A DNA stretch of 64,000 bases, taken from the NCBI GenBank assembly GCA_964537055.1, contig CAZHYV010000008.1, positions 52,773 through 116,772 of the forward strand, written 5' to 3'. Positions 9,839 through 18,783 of the stretch are shown here, in pieces. The position numbers were made by a program, and so were the translations under genes. Origin of the DNA: an uncultured Myxococcales bacterium (lineage in GTDB: Bacteria; Myxococcota_A; Polyangia; Palsa-1104; JAEUJZ01). The stretch's first letter is position 1, and each line of letters starts with the position of its first letter. Under the pieces are notes generated by a model that saw nothing but the letters and a program-made list of their open reading frames with translations, had not been told where the DNA came from and did no database searches.

Positions 9839-12072
9839 AGAGATAGCTCTTTCCCTGATGCAGCATCGGTAGAGAGCTCTTTTGGGGCACTTTGCTTCCG
9901 CAAAGATTCGTAGGTCATGGTTTGGTTTCGTCCTTGGTGCTTAGCGCGGTATAAGGCCTGATCGGCGTGAGAGGCAAGCTCGGTCAGGGTTCGTCCATCC
10001 TTGGGGAAGTTGGCCACCCCAATCGAGAGGGTACAGCGAAACGTTCCTTGTTCACTGACAAATTCAAGCCGTTCGATCTCTTTACGAATGCGCTCTGCCA
10101 ATTGAAACGCCTGATAAGTATCTGCCGCATCTAAGACAACTGCGAACTCTTCTCCGCCATAACGGGCCGCGAGATCGAATTTACGGACACAGGAGAGAAC
10201 TACCTCAGCAACCCGTTTTAACACCTGATCCCCCATGGGGTGTCCGTAGGTGTCATTGATCTTTTTAAAGTAATCGATGTCGGTGAGCAGCAAAGAAAGG
10301 CTTTGCTTGTGCCGATGGGCTCGTTCTAACATCTCGAGAAAACGGTCCTGCCACGTCCTTCGATTTAGCAGCTGAGTCAGTCCATCGGTCGTTGCCATGG
10401 CTTCCATGGACTGGTAGAAGAGAGCATTTTCAATAGAACCTGCCACCTGGTTTGTGATGATCCCTAAGAGTTCACGTTGGAGTTTGCCAAATTGACGCGG
10501 GTGTTGGCTGGCAAGAACCAAGGTCCCAAGTGGCTGGTTTCCCCGGAGCAATGGAAGTACCAACACAGAAGGAAAGTTTTTCAAACGGATCTGTTCGCCG
10601 AACAGAGGAACCTCGGTTTCGTAAGAGACATTTAGCTCCGGGAGAGAAAGCTGATTTTTTACAGCCATCGATACCAAGCTGCTGTTCTCTGCGAAGGAGA
10701 GGCCGACAAGGTTGGAATCTTGAGCAGAAAACGATCGGCTGTGGATTGCAGCAATATGGTGGGTTTGGGAAGATGATTCAAAATGAGTAATTGCGGCAAA
10801 ATCATAGCGACAGATATGTCCCAGCGCGGAAAACGTGGTTTCATGCACTTGCTCTAAGGTCAGCGCTTGGCTCAATTGACTAGAGGCTTGATAGAGACGT
10901 TCCTGCGCATCACGGCTTCGTTCTGCAAGGATGAAAAGCCGCTCGGACTGAAGGCTGCTCACAAGCTGCCTTGCGGCATGTTCTCCGAGAGAAATTTCCT
11001 CGTCCAAAAAGGGGAGAGGCTTTTGGGTTACCGGGTCCAGAAGCCGGTCAAAGCACAAAATTCCGACAACGACTTTGTTGGAGAGAAGTAGAGGAATGCC
11101 CACAAAAGATCCAATATTCGGCGGTATCTGTCCCTTCCTGTAGTAGGGAAGGTGAGAGGATTTTGGGCTACTGAGACGGAGTGGTTGTTTGTTTTTGATC
11201 AGGCTCCCAAAGGCCCCAAGCTCCATAGGAATCCGCTTCTCTAGCTCAAGTTTGGATTCGCAAAGAAATGTCTTGGTAATGAGCGTCTGCTCAGATTCGT
11301 TCAGCCATAGAAGAAGCGCACTGTGGAGCCGTAATGATTGGCAGAGAAGATCCAGGACAAGGGTTTGTGTCTGCTTCATGACAAGCAGAGAGCCCTGCAT
11401 TCGAACCAGTTCTGTGGAGTCTACAGTATCGCTAGGTTCGGAAACATGCTCTCCCAAAGGACCTAATCGATAAGAACTAGCCTCTTTGTGAATCTGAGCA
11501 AGACCTTGCTCTAAAACCAGAAGCTTTTCTTTTTCAAGCTGGCTGCGATGCTCTCGTAGAAGAAACCAAGGAAGGGATGTAAAAACTCCAATCAGAGGCA
11601 AAGAAAAGAAAAGAGACATTCTGTGTTGGGCTTGGATTTGTAAAAAGATTTCTCCCACCAAAAAAAAACAAGCCACCCAAACGATCTCTTTTCGTGTAAG
11701 ACCTAGTCCAAAAATAACGGCTCCCAAATAAAGCAAGCTGTGAAGGGGAGATAGCGCTCCCCCAGTAGCTGCGAGAAAGAAGAGGACAGCCAGCACAGCA
11801 AGGGTTCTTGTCTGCCAAGAAAGTTGCTTGGGATGCGGTTTCGAAAGAGAAGAAGAAAATATTTTAAGCTCCCGCACGGTAATGACGAGAAAGCTCGTCA
11901 AGAAAAGAATTCCGCACCCTAGCGGGATAGAGAAGGAACCCGCAGAAAAGGTAAAAATTCCTAAGGCAAAAAGACCCAGGAGAGAAACAAGCGAAAAATT
12001 GAAAAAGTGCAGGATGCGTTTTGCCGCACCTAAAATCCTTAAAGGAAAATGCCGGTCTGTATTAGTACTCAT
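9835..12072 (-). CDS. Membrane-anchored GAF-GGDEF diguanylate cyclase
   Basis: N-terminal multi-TM region, a central GAF-like region, and a C-terminal DGLTQLLNRR ... RYGGEEFAVVL with an intact GGEEF active site. Confidence 0.85.
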   Translation of the reverse strand: MSTNTDRHFPLRILGAAKRILHFFNFSLVSLLGLFALGIFTFSAGSFSIPLGCGILFLTSFLVITVRELKIFSSSLSKPHPKQLSWQTRTLAVLAVLFFLAATGGALSPLHSLLYLGAVIFGLGLTRKEIVWVACFFLVGEIFLQIQAQHRMSLFFSLPLIGVFTSLPWFLLREHRSQLEKEKLLVLEQGLAQIHKEASSYRLGPLGEHVSEPSDTVDSTELVRMQGSLLVMKQTQTLVLDLLCQSLRLHSALLLWLNESEQTLITKTFLCESKLELEKRIPMELGAFGSLIKNKQPLRLSSPKSSHLPYYRKGQIPPNIGSFVGIPLLLSNKVVVGILCFDRLLDPVTQKPLPFLDEEISLGEHAARQLVSSLQSERLFILAERSRDAQERLYQASSQLSQALTLEQVHETTFSALGHICRYDFAAITHFESSSQTHHIAAIHSRSFSAQDSNLVGLSFAENSSLVSMAVKNQLSLPELNVSYETEVPLFGEQIRLKNFPSVLVLPLLRGNQPLGTLVLASQHPRQFGKLQRELLGIITNQVAGSIENALFYQSMEAMATTDGLTQLLNRRTWQDRFLEMLERAHRHKQSLSLLLTDIDYFKKINDTYGHPMGDQVLKRVAEVVLSCVRKFDLAARYGGEEFAVVLDAADTYQAFQLAERIRKEIERLEFVSEQGTFRCTLSIGVANFPKDGRTLTELASHADQALYRAKHQGRNQTMTYESLRKQSAPKELSTDAASGKELSL

Positions 12073-12518
12073 GGAAGACGTCCCTCCTGGGCTTTTGAAG
12101 AATCGACCTGAGAGGGCTCAGGTGGGAACGACTCAGCGGAGCCTTCGGATACACGAAACACCTGCTCTCCTAAGCGAACCATCCCACGCTCCCTCGCTTG
12201 TTTTTCAACCCAATCCGGATTAGAAACCTCCGCAAGTTCTTTCTCTAACAGGGCGACTTCTTTACGAAGCTCTTCATTGGTAAGCTTGAGCTGCTCTAGA
12301 CGAGTTTTACCATCAAAATAGTTGGCAAGCTGGCTTGTCAACTGAAGCCGATTGAGAGCAATGGAAGCGGAAACGGCAAGAATGGTTGCGAAGACCCAAC
12401 GAAACACCCAGATTCTTACCGATTTTGAACGAAGCTTTACGAAGAAAGAGATTCGAGATTGATCTTTTGATACAGATCTCATCCTGACCATCGTGCCCTG
12501 AGAGGAGGAGAGAGGCAA
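12069..12518 (-). CDS. FtsB/DivIC-like septum formation initiator (TM helix plus coiled coil)
   Basis: Single TM WVFRWVFATILAVSASIAL, then the coiled coil QLKLTNEELRKEVALLEKELAEV. Its stop overlaps the GGDEF start as ATGA. Confidence 0.5.
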   Translation of the reverse strand: MPLSSSQGTMVRMRSVSKDQSRISFFVKLRSKSVRIWVFRWVFATILAVSASIALNRLQLTSQLANYFDGKTRLEQLKLTNEELRKEVALLEKELAEVSNPDWVEKQARERGMVRLGEQVFRVSEGSAESFPPEPSQVDSSKAQEGRLP

Positions 12519-12618
12519 ATTTTTCTTGAAATGGAAACTTTACAAAAGAAGAAGGCTCGAAGCTGCAAAGTGTCTTTCTGGGCTGTTTTCTTGCGTCGTT
12601 TACTCGTTCCCTTCACGC

Positions 12619-14205
12619 TCACTTAATTCCGATACGACCTTCTTTGATTCCATCGACCACATAATGAGCAATCGCTGCATTGTAATCTGTGCCGTAGGCC
12701 CTTTGCAAATCTGGATAGCGCTCTACGTATTCTTTGACATGAAACTTTGGATGTGACCACCGTCCCTCAGAAAAGCCATGGTTGAGCCAGTGATAGGTAG
12801 CTCCTTCTTTATCCGTGTAAGGGAGCAAAGGATTGATAAATAAATAGTACCGCCAATCAAACACGTTTGGATCCAGAGCTCCTCGTCCGAGCAAACCTGC
12901 TTTTCGACCAGTAGTGATATAGTGCTTTATCGCTGCACTGTAGTCTGTGCCGCATAATTTTGCGACATCAGGATTCATCGCCAAGTAGTGGGTCACCTGG
13001 AACTCCGGATGAGACAGTCTTCCTTGCGCAATTCCTGTGGTAAGCCAATGGCGAGCGGCACACTCATAGTCCGTGCAAGCAACATCTTTATTCTGGGCTA
13101 CGTAAAATCGCCAATCAAAGACAAAAGGATGCAATGCATACCGACCAACTCGCCCTTCTGCATGACCCGATAGGATGAAATGAGAAATGGCAGATCGATA
13201 ATCAACACCAAAAGCAGCATACAAGTCGTCGTACATCCGAACATACTCATCCACATGAAACATGAAGTGGGCTTGAGCTCCAGAAGGAATCCCTGTATTT
13301 AACCAGTGGCTTAGGGCCCGGTAGTATCCTGTTCCAGCCGGTAATCCAGCTTTGGTAGAGTAGTAAGCGCTATCAAAAAATTCATTCATAAAGCTTACGG
13401 AAGCGGTGAGGCCAGCGCTCTTCCCCGTCAGTACATAATGACGGATCGCTTCAGGATAGTTGTTACGATAGGTTGCATACAAATTTGGATAAGCGAGAAG
13501 GTAGTCAAGCACGCGAAATCCTGTTCCCGCATGATAACCTTCGGGCGCACCAATGGTAATCCAATGTTCGCGAACACTGATGAGACCAGGGCCTGGGGCA
13601 GGTTTTCCATCCAGCGTGACAACTGTAGGATAGAGGGCGTCGCTATAAACAGCAGGGTCTAAAAGGGTCCTCCCAATGCGCCCTTCTCTATACCCGGCGT
13701 CTATATAGTGCTCGGTCGCCAGCGTAAGGTCCCCCCCTTTTGCGTCTCGTATGTCTCGGTACTGCTCCAGATACTCGCTCGCCTTAAAGAGAGGATGACC
13801 AATCAGACCACTTTTAAGTCCGCAGGAAAGCCAATTCTTTTTTGCGCCTTCTTCGGTGGATACTCCCCCCGGTCTATTTGCAAGGAGGTAAAATTCCCAG
13901 TCAAAAACGAGAGCCGAAAGAAATTTTGTTGATGTTGAAGGTTTCGGGTCATATACGCACAGCAAAGGTGCCTCAGGGGTGTCGCACATGCCGGAGATAT
14001 CGGGTTTTCGAGAGTATCTTATAGGGCAACCAACCGCAGCGCTGGTACAAAATTCCTCGCCTCGGCGATCGATAGCGCAAGGCGATCCGAGCGCTGAGCT
14101 TTTGCTGCCGACGTCAAAGTTGTTAGATGCAGTTTTGCTACTACAAGCGAGGGCCAGATTCGTTCCTAATAGGAACAAAAAAGTTTTTGTTTTTTTGGAT
14201 ATCAT
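12619..14205 (-). CDS. Lipoprotein built from about 10 tandem 40-46-aa repeats with consensus F.W.YL..NPD....G.DY..A..HY...G..EGR.....F
   Basis: The track ORF starts at a TTG; the probable start is the ATG at MISKK. Lipobox LALAC. A Cys-rich N-domain, then repeats such as FDWRFYVAQNKDVACTDYECAARHWLTTGIAQGRLSHPEF and HVKEYVERYPDLQRAYGTDYNAAIAHYVVDGIKEGRIG. Confidence 0.6.
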   Translation of the reverse strand: MISKKTKTFLFLLGTNLALACSSKTASNNFDVGSKSSALGSPCAIDRRGEEFCTSAAVGCPIRYSRKPDISGMCDTPEAPLLCVYDPKPSTSTKFLSALVFDWEFYLLANRPGGVSTEEGAKKNWLSCGLKSGLIGHPLFKASEYLEQYRDIRDAKGGDLTLATEHYIDAGYREGRIGRTLLDPAVYSDALYPTVVTLDGKPAPGPGLISVREHWITIGAPEGYHAGTGFRVLDYLLAYPNLYATYRNNYPEAIRHYVLTGKSAGLTASVSFMNEFFDSAYYSTKAGLPAGTGYYRALSHWLNTGIPSGAQAHFMFHVDEYVRMYDDLYAAFGVDYRSAISHFILSGHAEGRVGRYALHPFVFDWRFYVAQNKDVACTDYECAARHWLTTGIAQGRLSHPEFQVTHYLAMNPDVAKLCGTDYSAAIKHYITTGRKAGLLGRGALDPNVFDWRYYLFINPLLPYTDKEGATYHWLNHGFSEGRWSHPKFHVKEYVERYPDLQRAYGTDYNAAIAHYVVDGIKEGRIGIK

Positions 14206-14312
14206 AGCGGAAAACTGCAATATTTATCATAGGTTGTCAATAATATCTTTTCCTTTGTCGTTGATCAAGACTGGTACTCGACCTTCCTTTTGTATTGAAG
14301 ATACGCTTTGGC

Positions 14313-14669
14313 TTAATTCAAAGAGAACTGCGAAAATCCGCCGAGGTGTTTGCCCAAAACCTGCTTTGCATTCTGTTCAAATGCAGTAAACCGGATCCCC
14401 ATCCCAATAAAGGAGGTTCCTTGGTCTTTCGGAGAAAGGTTTAGATAGTAAAGATGTTTAACCTCACCCTTCATCACAATTTGGGAATGAGCCTCGGGGA
14501 TAAAGAAATGCACATGGACAGGCGTTCCCAAAGGAAAGGACTTGGGAACTTCTACCATAATTCCTCCGCAAGAAATGTTTCGAGCAATCGCATAAGACTG
14601 CCCGAAGGTATCGCTAATCAGAGAAACAGCAAAAGATCGAGGTACGCGAGGTGAAAGACGTTGGTCCAT
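14313..14669 (-). CDS. Single-domain PilZ c-di-GMP receptor
   Basis: RLSPR (the RxxxR motif) followed by NISCGG (the D/NxSxxG motif); 118 aa. Confidence 0.6.
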   Translation of the reverse strand: MDQRLSPRVPRSFAVSLISDTFGQSYAIARNISCGGIMVEVPKSFPLGTPVHVHFFIPEAHSQIVMKGEVKHLYYLNLSPKDQGTSFIGMGIRFTAFEQNAKQVLGKHLGGFSQFSLN

Positions 14670-14928
14670 GAAGAATGTATACCAAAGTAGTTTAATGAAG
14701 TCAAAAATATTACATTATACTACATGTAGTTTCTGTGAGTGGTTGCTCTTTTTATAAAAGGATGCTTCTTCAGTGTCGTTGCTCTGCAGAAAAACTTATG
14801 AGGCTTCATTCGAGACTTATTTAAGTGCTTCTATTAAAACTTATGAAAAACCCCATCGAGGAAATATTTTTTGGGTTGCAAAAAGCAGAAAACGCTATAT
14901 CTTTCTAAAGGTTACTAAAGGAGGTATC

Positions 14929-15462
14929 ATGAAAAAAAGTTTATTTATTTTTGGTTTTGTTTTTTCAGGGCTGCTTAGCGGGTGTGCTTCTTTGGATGAT
15001 TGTCCGTTCTTAGATGATGGTTGGCCGGCATCTATGATTCGCGTCCCAACTTGTCATAATACAGATGGCGTGCAAGCTTGCTGTTATGCCAACGTGCAAG
15101 TTCTTTGGGACCCATCTCAGATTTCTTTATCTAAACAGCAAGGTGGGACGGTGCAAGTCCAGCTTTCTCGCGAGCTTCTAACTGGGCTTAAGGGTGATCA
15201 GGAAAGGTATAACGAAGGCATTACCTTCCGTATTGTACAAATGGATGATATGGGTGTAAACGTAATCGCCCAGACCAGAGATTTCCTACCTACGAGTGAA
15301 CAACAGCTTGATTACGGCAAATGGAAGTTCAATGTTTCCCCATCAGACCTTTCTACGTTCAAATCTGGTTCTGCCAGGCTGGATATTACAATCGCTTCTA
15401 ATACCAACCGAAAGTATGAGCGTGAAATTAAAGCTTCCTACTCAATTTCTATCACAGACTAA
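14929..15462 (+). CDS. Lipoprotein, unknown function
   Basis: Start moved to the ATG at 14929, which has the strong RBS AAAGGAGGtatc. Lipobox LLSGC. Confidence 0.5.
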   Translation: MKKSLFIFGFVFSGLLSGCASLDDCPFLDDGWPASMIRVPTCHNTDGVQACCYANVQVLWDPSQISLSKQQGGTVQVQLSRELLTGLKGDQERYNEGITFRIVQMDDMGVNVIAQTRDFLPTSEQQLDYGKWKFNVSPSDLSTFKSGSARLDITIASNTNRKYEREIKASYSISITD

Positions 15463-15585
15463 ACTCCCTGCTTGATCGAATGCCGTAAGAATCACCTTGA
15501 GATTTTGGCTGCTTAGGATTAAGCTAAGCTCCTTATAGAAATCCTCCGAGCTTTTTAGACTCACCGGGAGGAAAAAGGAGACCTT

Positions 15586-16041
15586 ATGCACACGTTTCTA
15601 AAACAAAGTCTTTACGGATGGACTGGGGTTGCTCTCCTCCTTGGATTGGGGTGTGGTGGCACAAGCGAGGTAAAGGATCGTCATGAGAGGACAGCTCGTG
15701 TCATGAATGCTGCAATAAAATGCCAAAGCCCTGCTTATGTGGTAAAACTAAGTCTTGGTATCGAAGAAGGAGTTTGTGATAAGGAAGACCGGGTTTGTGT
15801 CGATGGTTTGGTGCAACTTCATTCGACCAAAGAAAAAGATACCTACGCCTTTCTTCTTCTCGATAAAAAACATCGATCTCAACCAAATAGTCTAGAATTT
15901 TTGGATCATGTTCTTAGTGAGGCACACAATTCAAATAGACCGGTTGTGATTTCTTACCTTCCTAAAGAAGGAAAAGGGTGTGAATCAAGCGCCCCCGTTC
16001 TTTTTGAAAAAGAGATTGTTGCTATAGAGATAGTGAAGTAA
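15586..16041 (+). CDS. Lipoprotein, unknown function
   Basis: RBS AAAGGAG; lipobox LLGLGC. Confidence 0.5.
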   Translation: MHTFLKQSLYGWTGVALLLGLGCGGTSEVKDRHERTARVMNAAIKCQSPAYVVKLSLGIEEGVCDKEDRVCVDGLVQLHSTKEKDTYAFLLLDKKHRSQPNSLEFLDHVLSEAHNSNRPVVISYLPKEGKGCESSAPVLFEKEIVAIEIVK

Positions 16042-16098
16042 TCTCCTAAATCTCTTATTTTCTTTGAGACGCCTTTTGCTTAGACGCCTTTTACTGAT

Positions 16099-16593
16099 TT
16101 GCCTATGACCCTTAGTTTGCTTACCCGAAACAATGCAAAAACGCTTATTCCTCTTTCGGACCGAAAGGTTCTTAAGCGGCAGCTTACCCGAGCGATTCGC
16201 GCCAGCGGTCTTCTAAATGCACAAATCTGTCTTTCTCTTTCTGACGATAACGAGCTGTCTCAACTCAATCAGACCTATGCTAATGAAGAACATCCAACTG
16301 ACGTTCTCTCGTTTGCCCAGCCTTTTCCTCAGCCTTTAAGGAAAGAAACTGCGCTTTGGGGAGACATTATCATCTCCGTAGAGACTGCGAAGCGTCAGGC
16401 AGAAGCTGCGGGGCACTCGCTTTTGCAAGAGCTTCTGCACCTAGCAATTCATGGGTTTTGTCATTTAATGGGCTATGATCATGCAACCAAGCAAGAAGAA
16501 CAAGTGATGTTTGGCTATACAAAAGAGCTCCAAACGCAAGCTTTAGGGAGAGGAAAAATTCGTTTGGTGGCTCCTTCGGTACTTCAGCGTTAG
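16099..16593 (+). CDS. ybeY: rRNA maturation endoribonuclease YbeY
   Basis: HGFCHLMGYDH zinc-binding signature; 164 aa. Confidence 0.9.
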   Translation: MPMTLSLLTRNNAKTLIPLSDRKVLKRQLTRAIRASGLLNAQICLSLSDDNELSQLNQTYANEEHPTDVLSFAQPFPQPLRKETALWGDIIISVETAKRQAEAAGHSLLQELLHLAIHGFCHLMGYDHATKQEEQVMFGYTKELQTQALGRGKIRLVAPSVLQR

Positions 16594-17642
16594 CGTGAAC
16601 GTTCACTTTGCTGCTGCGATAGTAGGGTGAATCCAATCAACTTGTAAAGAATTCGGGCACCTACGTTCCCATCCCATTCATCTTTTGATTGAGGGTTGGG
16701 TGCAACCTCGTTAAGGTCAAAACCGACAATCGTTCTTCCTGATGTTACCAGCAGCGAAAATAAATGAGTAACCTCGTAAAAGCTAAGTCCTCCAGGCACG
16801 GGAGTTCCTGTATTTGGGCATAAAGAAGGATCCAATCCATCGATATCGAAGCTGATATAGACATTTTGCGGAAGGGCTTGAATCAGCTCCAGGCATACCT
16901 GCGTGTAGGGGGTCCCATCAAAGAGTTTCCTACGGATAGATGGCATGGAGTGGAGGATGATTCGCTGGTTGCTTGTATCGATAGTCACTTGCTCTTCCTC
17001 GCATAGATCTCGAATGCCCACCTGGACCAGACGTGTGACCTCGGGAATTTCTCTCACAACATTGTGCATGATGGAAGCATGAGAATGTAGAAATCCCTCG
17101 TAAGCATTCCGAAGATCGGCATGCGCATCAATATGCAGAACACCCAAATTCTTATAGTGTTCTGCATAGGCAGAAATTGCCCCAAAGGGAACCGAGTGAT
17201 CGCCACCGACAATGCCCACGATTTTATTTTGGCGGAGATAGAGGGCGGTTCTCTCCTTGACCCACTGGTTCATCTGGGTCGTGGTGGCATTGACGGTTTC
17301 TAAGTTTTTGGAAAGCTCGGGATTGGATTCTATCCTGCCTCCTTCTCGGATAATAGGTTCTGCTTGGTTGCGAGCAGTCTCATTCCATGCTTGGATGGTT
17401 TCAGAAAGCGGCTCCATGAAGATCCCAGCCTCATAAGGGCGCCCCGTTTCTAGATCGAATAAATCCACTTGACGGCTTGCCTTTAGAATCACCTCTGGAC
17501 CAAGAGCTGCGCCTCGTTTGTAAGAAGTTGTGGCATCAAAGGGAACAGGGATCAGGACTACCTTAGATTGGTCTTGATCGTAAGGAAGTCCATAGATTCC
17601 GGAATCTTGAGTAGAGGCTGCATTAGGATCAAACGATTGCAT
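16590..17642 (-). CDS. Ureohydrolase of the arginase family (agmatinase- or formiminoglutamase-like)
   Basis: Mn-binding motifs GGDHSVPFG, DAHADL and SFDIDGLDP. Confidence 0.8.
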   Translation of the reverse strand: MQSFDPNAASTQDSGIYGLPYDQDQSKVVLIPVPFDATTSYKRGAALGPEVILKASRQVDLFDLETGRPYEAGIFMEPLSETIQAWNETARNQAEPIIREGGRIESNPELSKNLETVNATTTQMNQWVKERTALYLRQNKIVGIVGGDHSVPFGAISAYAEHYKNLGVLHIDAHADLRNAYEGFLHSHASIMHNVVREIPEVTRLVQVGIRDLCEEEQVTIDTSNQRIILHSMPSIRRKLFDGTPYTQVCLELIQALPQNVYISFDIDGLDPSLCPNTGTPVPGGLSFYEVTHLFSLLVTSGRTIVGFDLNEVAPNPQSKDEWDGNVGARILYKLIGFTLLSQQQSERSR

Positions 17643-17943
17643 GGGAGAAAACCTACCACATCTTGATTCGTTCTAACATCCAATAATTCAAATTTGGAAC
17701 CTGTTTTATCTTTCTTCTTGACAATCTACTGCGCGGCCGCGAAACTGTGCTCTGAGCCTAAGAATCTATTGAGGCTAGGAATCCCTGTAAAGAAGACCCA
17801 TCAAACTCTCCTAGGGAAGGATTTCTGCAAACCGTAAGAGTATCGTAAGGATGATAAAACGATTTGCACAGGGTTAGGCACGAAGGGAGTCGACGCTCTT
17901 TTATCGAACCAACAGCGTCTTCCAAAAAGAAAGGAACAAACGA

Positions 17944-18672
17944 ATGTCTTTACCAAATTATCGTGTGATTGTGTTGTATGATCATGGCCAAAAAGTATTT
18001 CGGGCTCGAGCCGCAGAATTAGAACATTGCTTTGGCGAAGGGGCAACTCGGGCTGAAGCAATTTCAAACCTAGAGCTTGAGATTCAAGCACAGCTTCAGA
18101 ACATGCAAGAACAAAGCAAAACGCCACCCCGAGCGATTGATGATCAAGAATGGACTGGAGATATTTCTGTCCATGTGTCAAAACAACTCCACCGAGATTT
18201 GGCCTGGCAAGCTCGTATTGAAGGAGTAGAGTTGAACCAGTTCCTGTCAGAGATGATTGCAGCAGGGCTAGAACAACGTCGACCTGCTAGCAGGCCTCAA
18301 CGAACGCATTCACGTGATCGTCAGCCTGATGGAAACCGAAGCCACTCTTCCAACCGTCACGAGCGCGATGGTCACTCAAACTACACAGGTATGTTTGAGG
18401 ACCGAGCTAACTTTATTCAGTACGTTCGTAGTATAGACGACGGGCATCGAGACGGCCAGTCCCGAGGGAAGGACAAACCACGGGGACATCAGAAGCACCA
18501 TCACAAAAGAAGGCATGGCCGAAAGCCAGGGCACACCAGCCATGGTGAGGGAAGGAATGCTCAAGAAGAGGTGAAAGACACGGCTTCGCTAGAGCACGGA
18601 GCCCAAGGGGGAGGCTACGAATCTACGCAACCTCCACCTACAGCATCCCAAGCCCCTTCCTCAGAAAGTTAA
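17944..18672 (+). CDS. HicB-like protein with an N-terminal RNase H-like/UPF0150 region and an RHH-like segment, fused to a C-terminal Arg/His/Ser/Asp-rich low-complexity tail
   Basis: N-terminal YRVIVLYDHGQKVFRARAAELEHCFGEGATRAEAISNLELEIQ. The C-terminal 120 aa include RTHSRDRQPDGNRSHSSNRHERDGH ... GHQKHHHKRRHGRKPGHTSHGEGR. No HicA-like partner is detectable. Confidence 0.45.
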   Translation: MSLPNYRVIVLYDHGQKVFRARAAELEHCFGEGATRAEAISNLELEIQAQLQNMQEQSKTPPRAIDDQEWTGDISVHVSKQLHRDLAWQARIEGVELNQFLSEMIAAGLEQRRPASRPQRTHSRDRQPDGNRSHSSNRHERDGHSNYTGMFEDRANFIQYVRSIDDGHRDGQSRGKDKPRGHQKHHHKRRHGRKPGHTSHGEGRNAQEEVKDTASLEHGAQGGGYESTQPPPTASQAPSSES

Positions 18673-18783
18673 TTTCCTGCATAAGGTGGGACTGCATGGG
18701 GCTTAGGTCCTAGCTTAAGCCCACTCGATGGTTCAGGTGTTCCTACCTCTGTCAATCTATCTTGTGTCAATCCTGTTTAGGAG

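Noticed and set aside
17801-18181. 126-aa minus-strand ORF overlapping the HicB-like gene start; I considered it as a HicA partner
   Set aside because: It has no HicA-like dsRBD motif and no RBS. It overlaps the better-supported plus-strand gene on the opposite strand.
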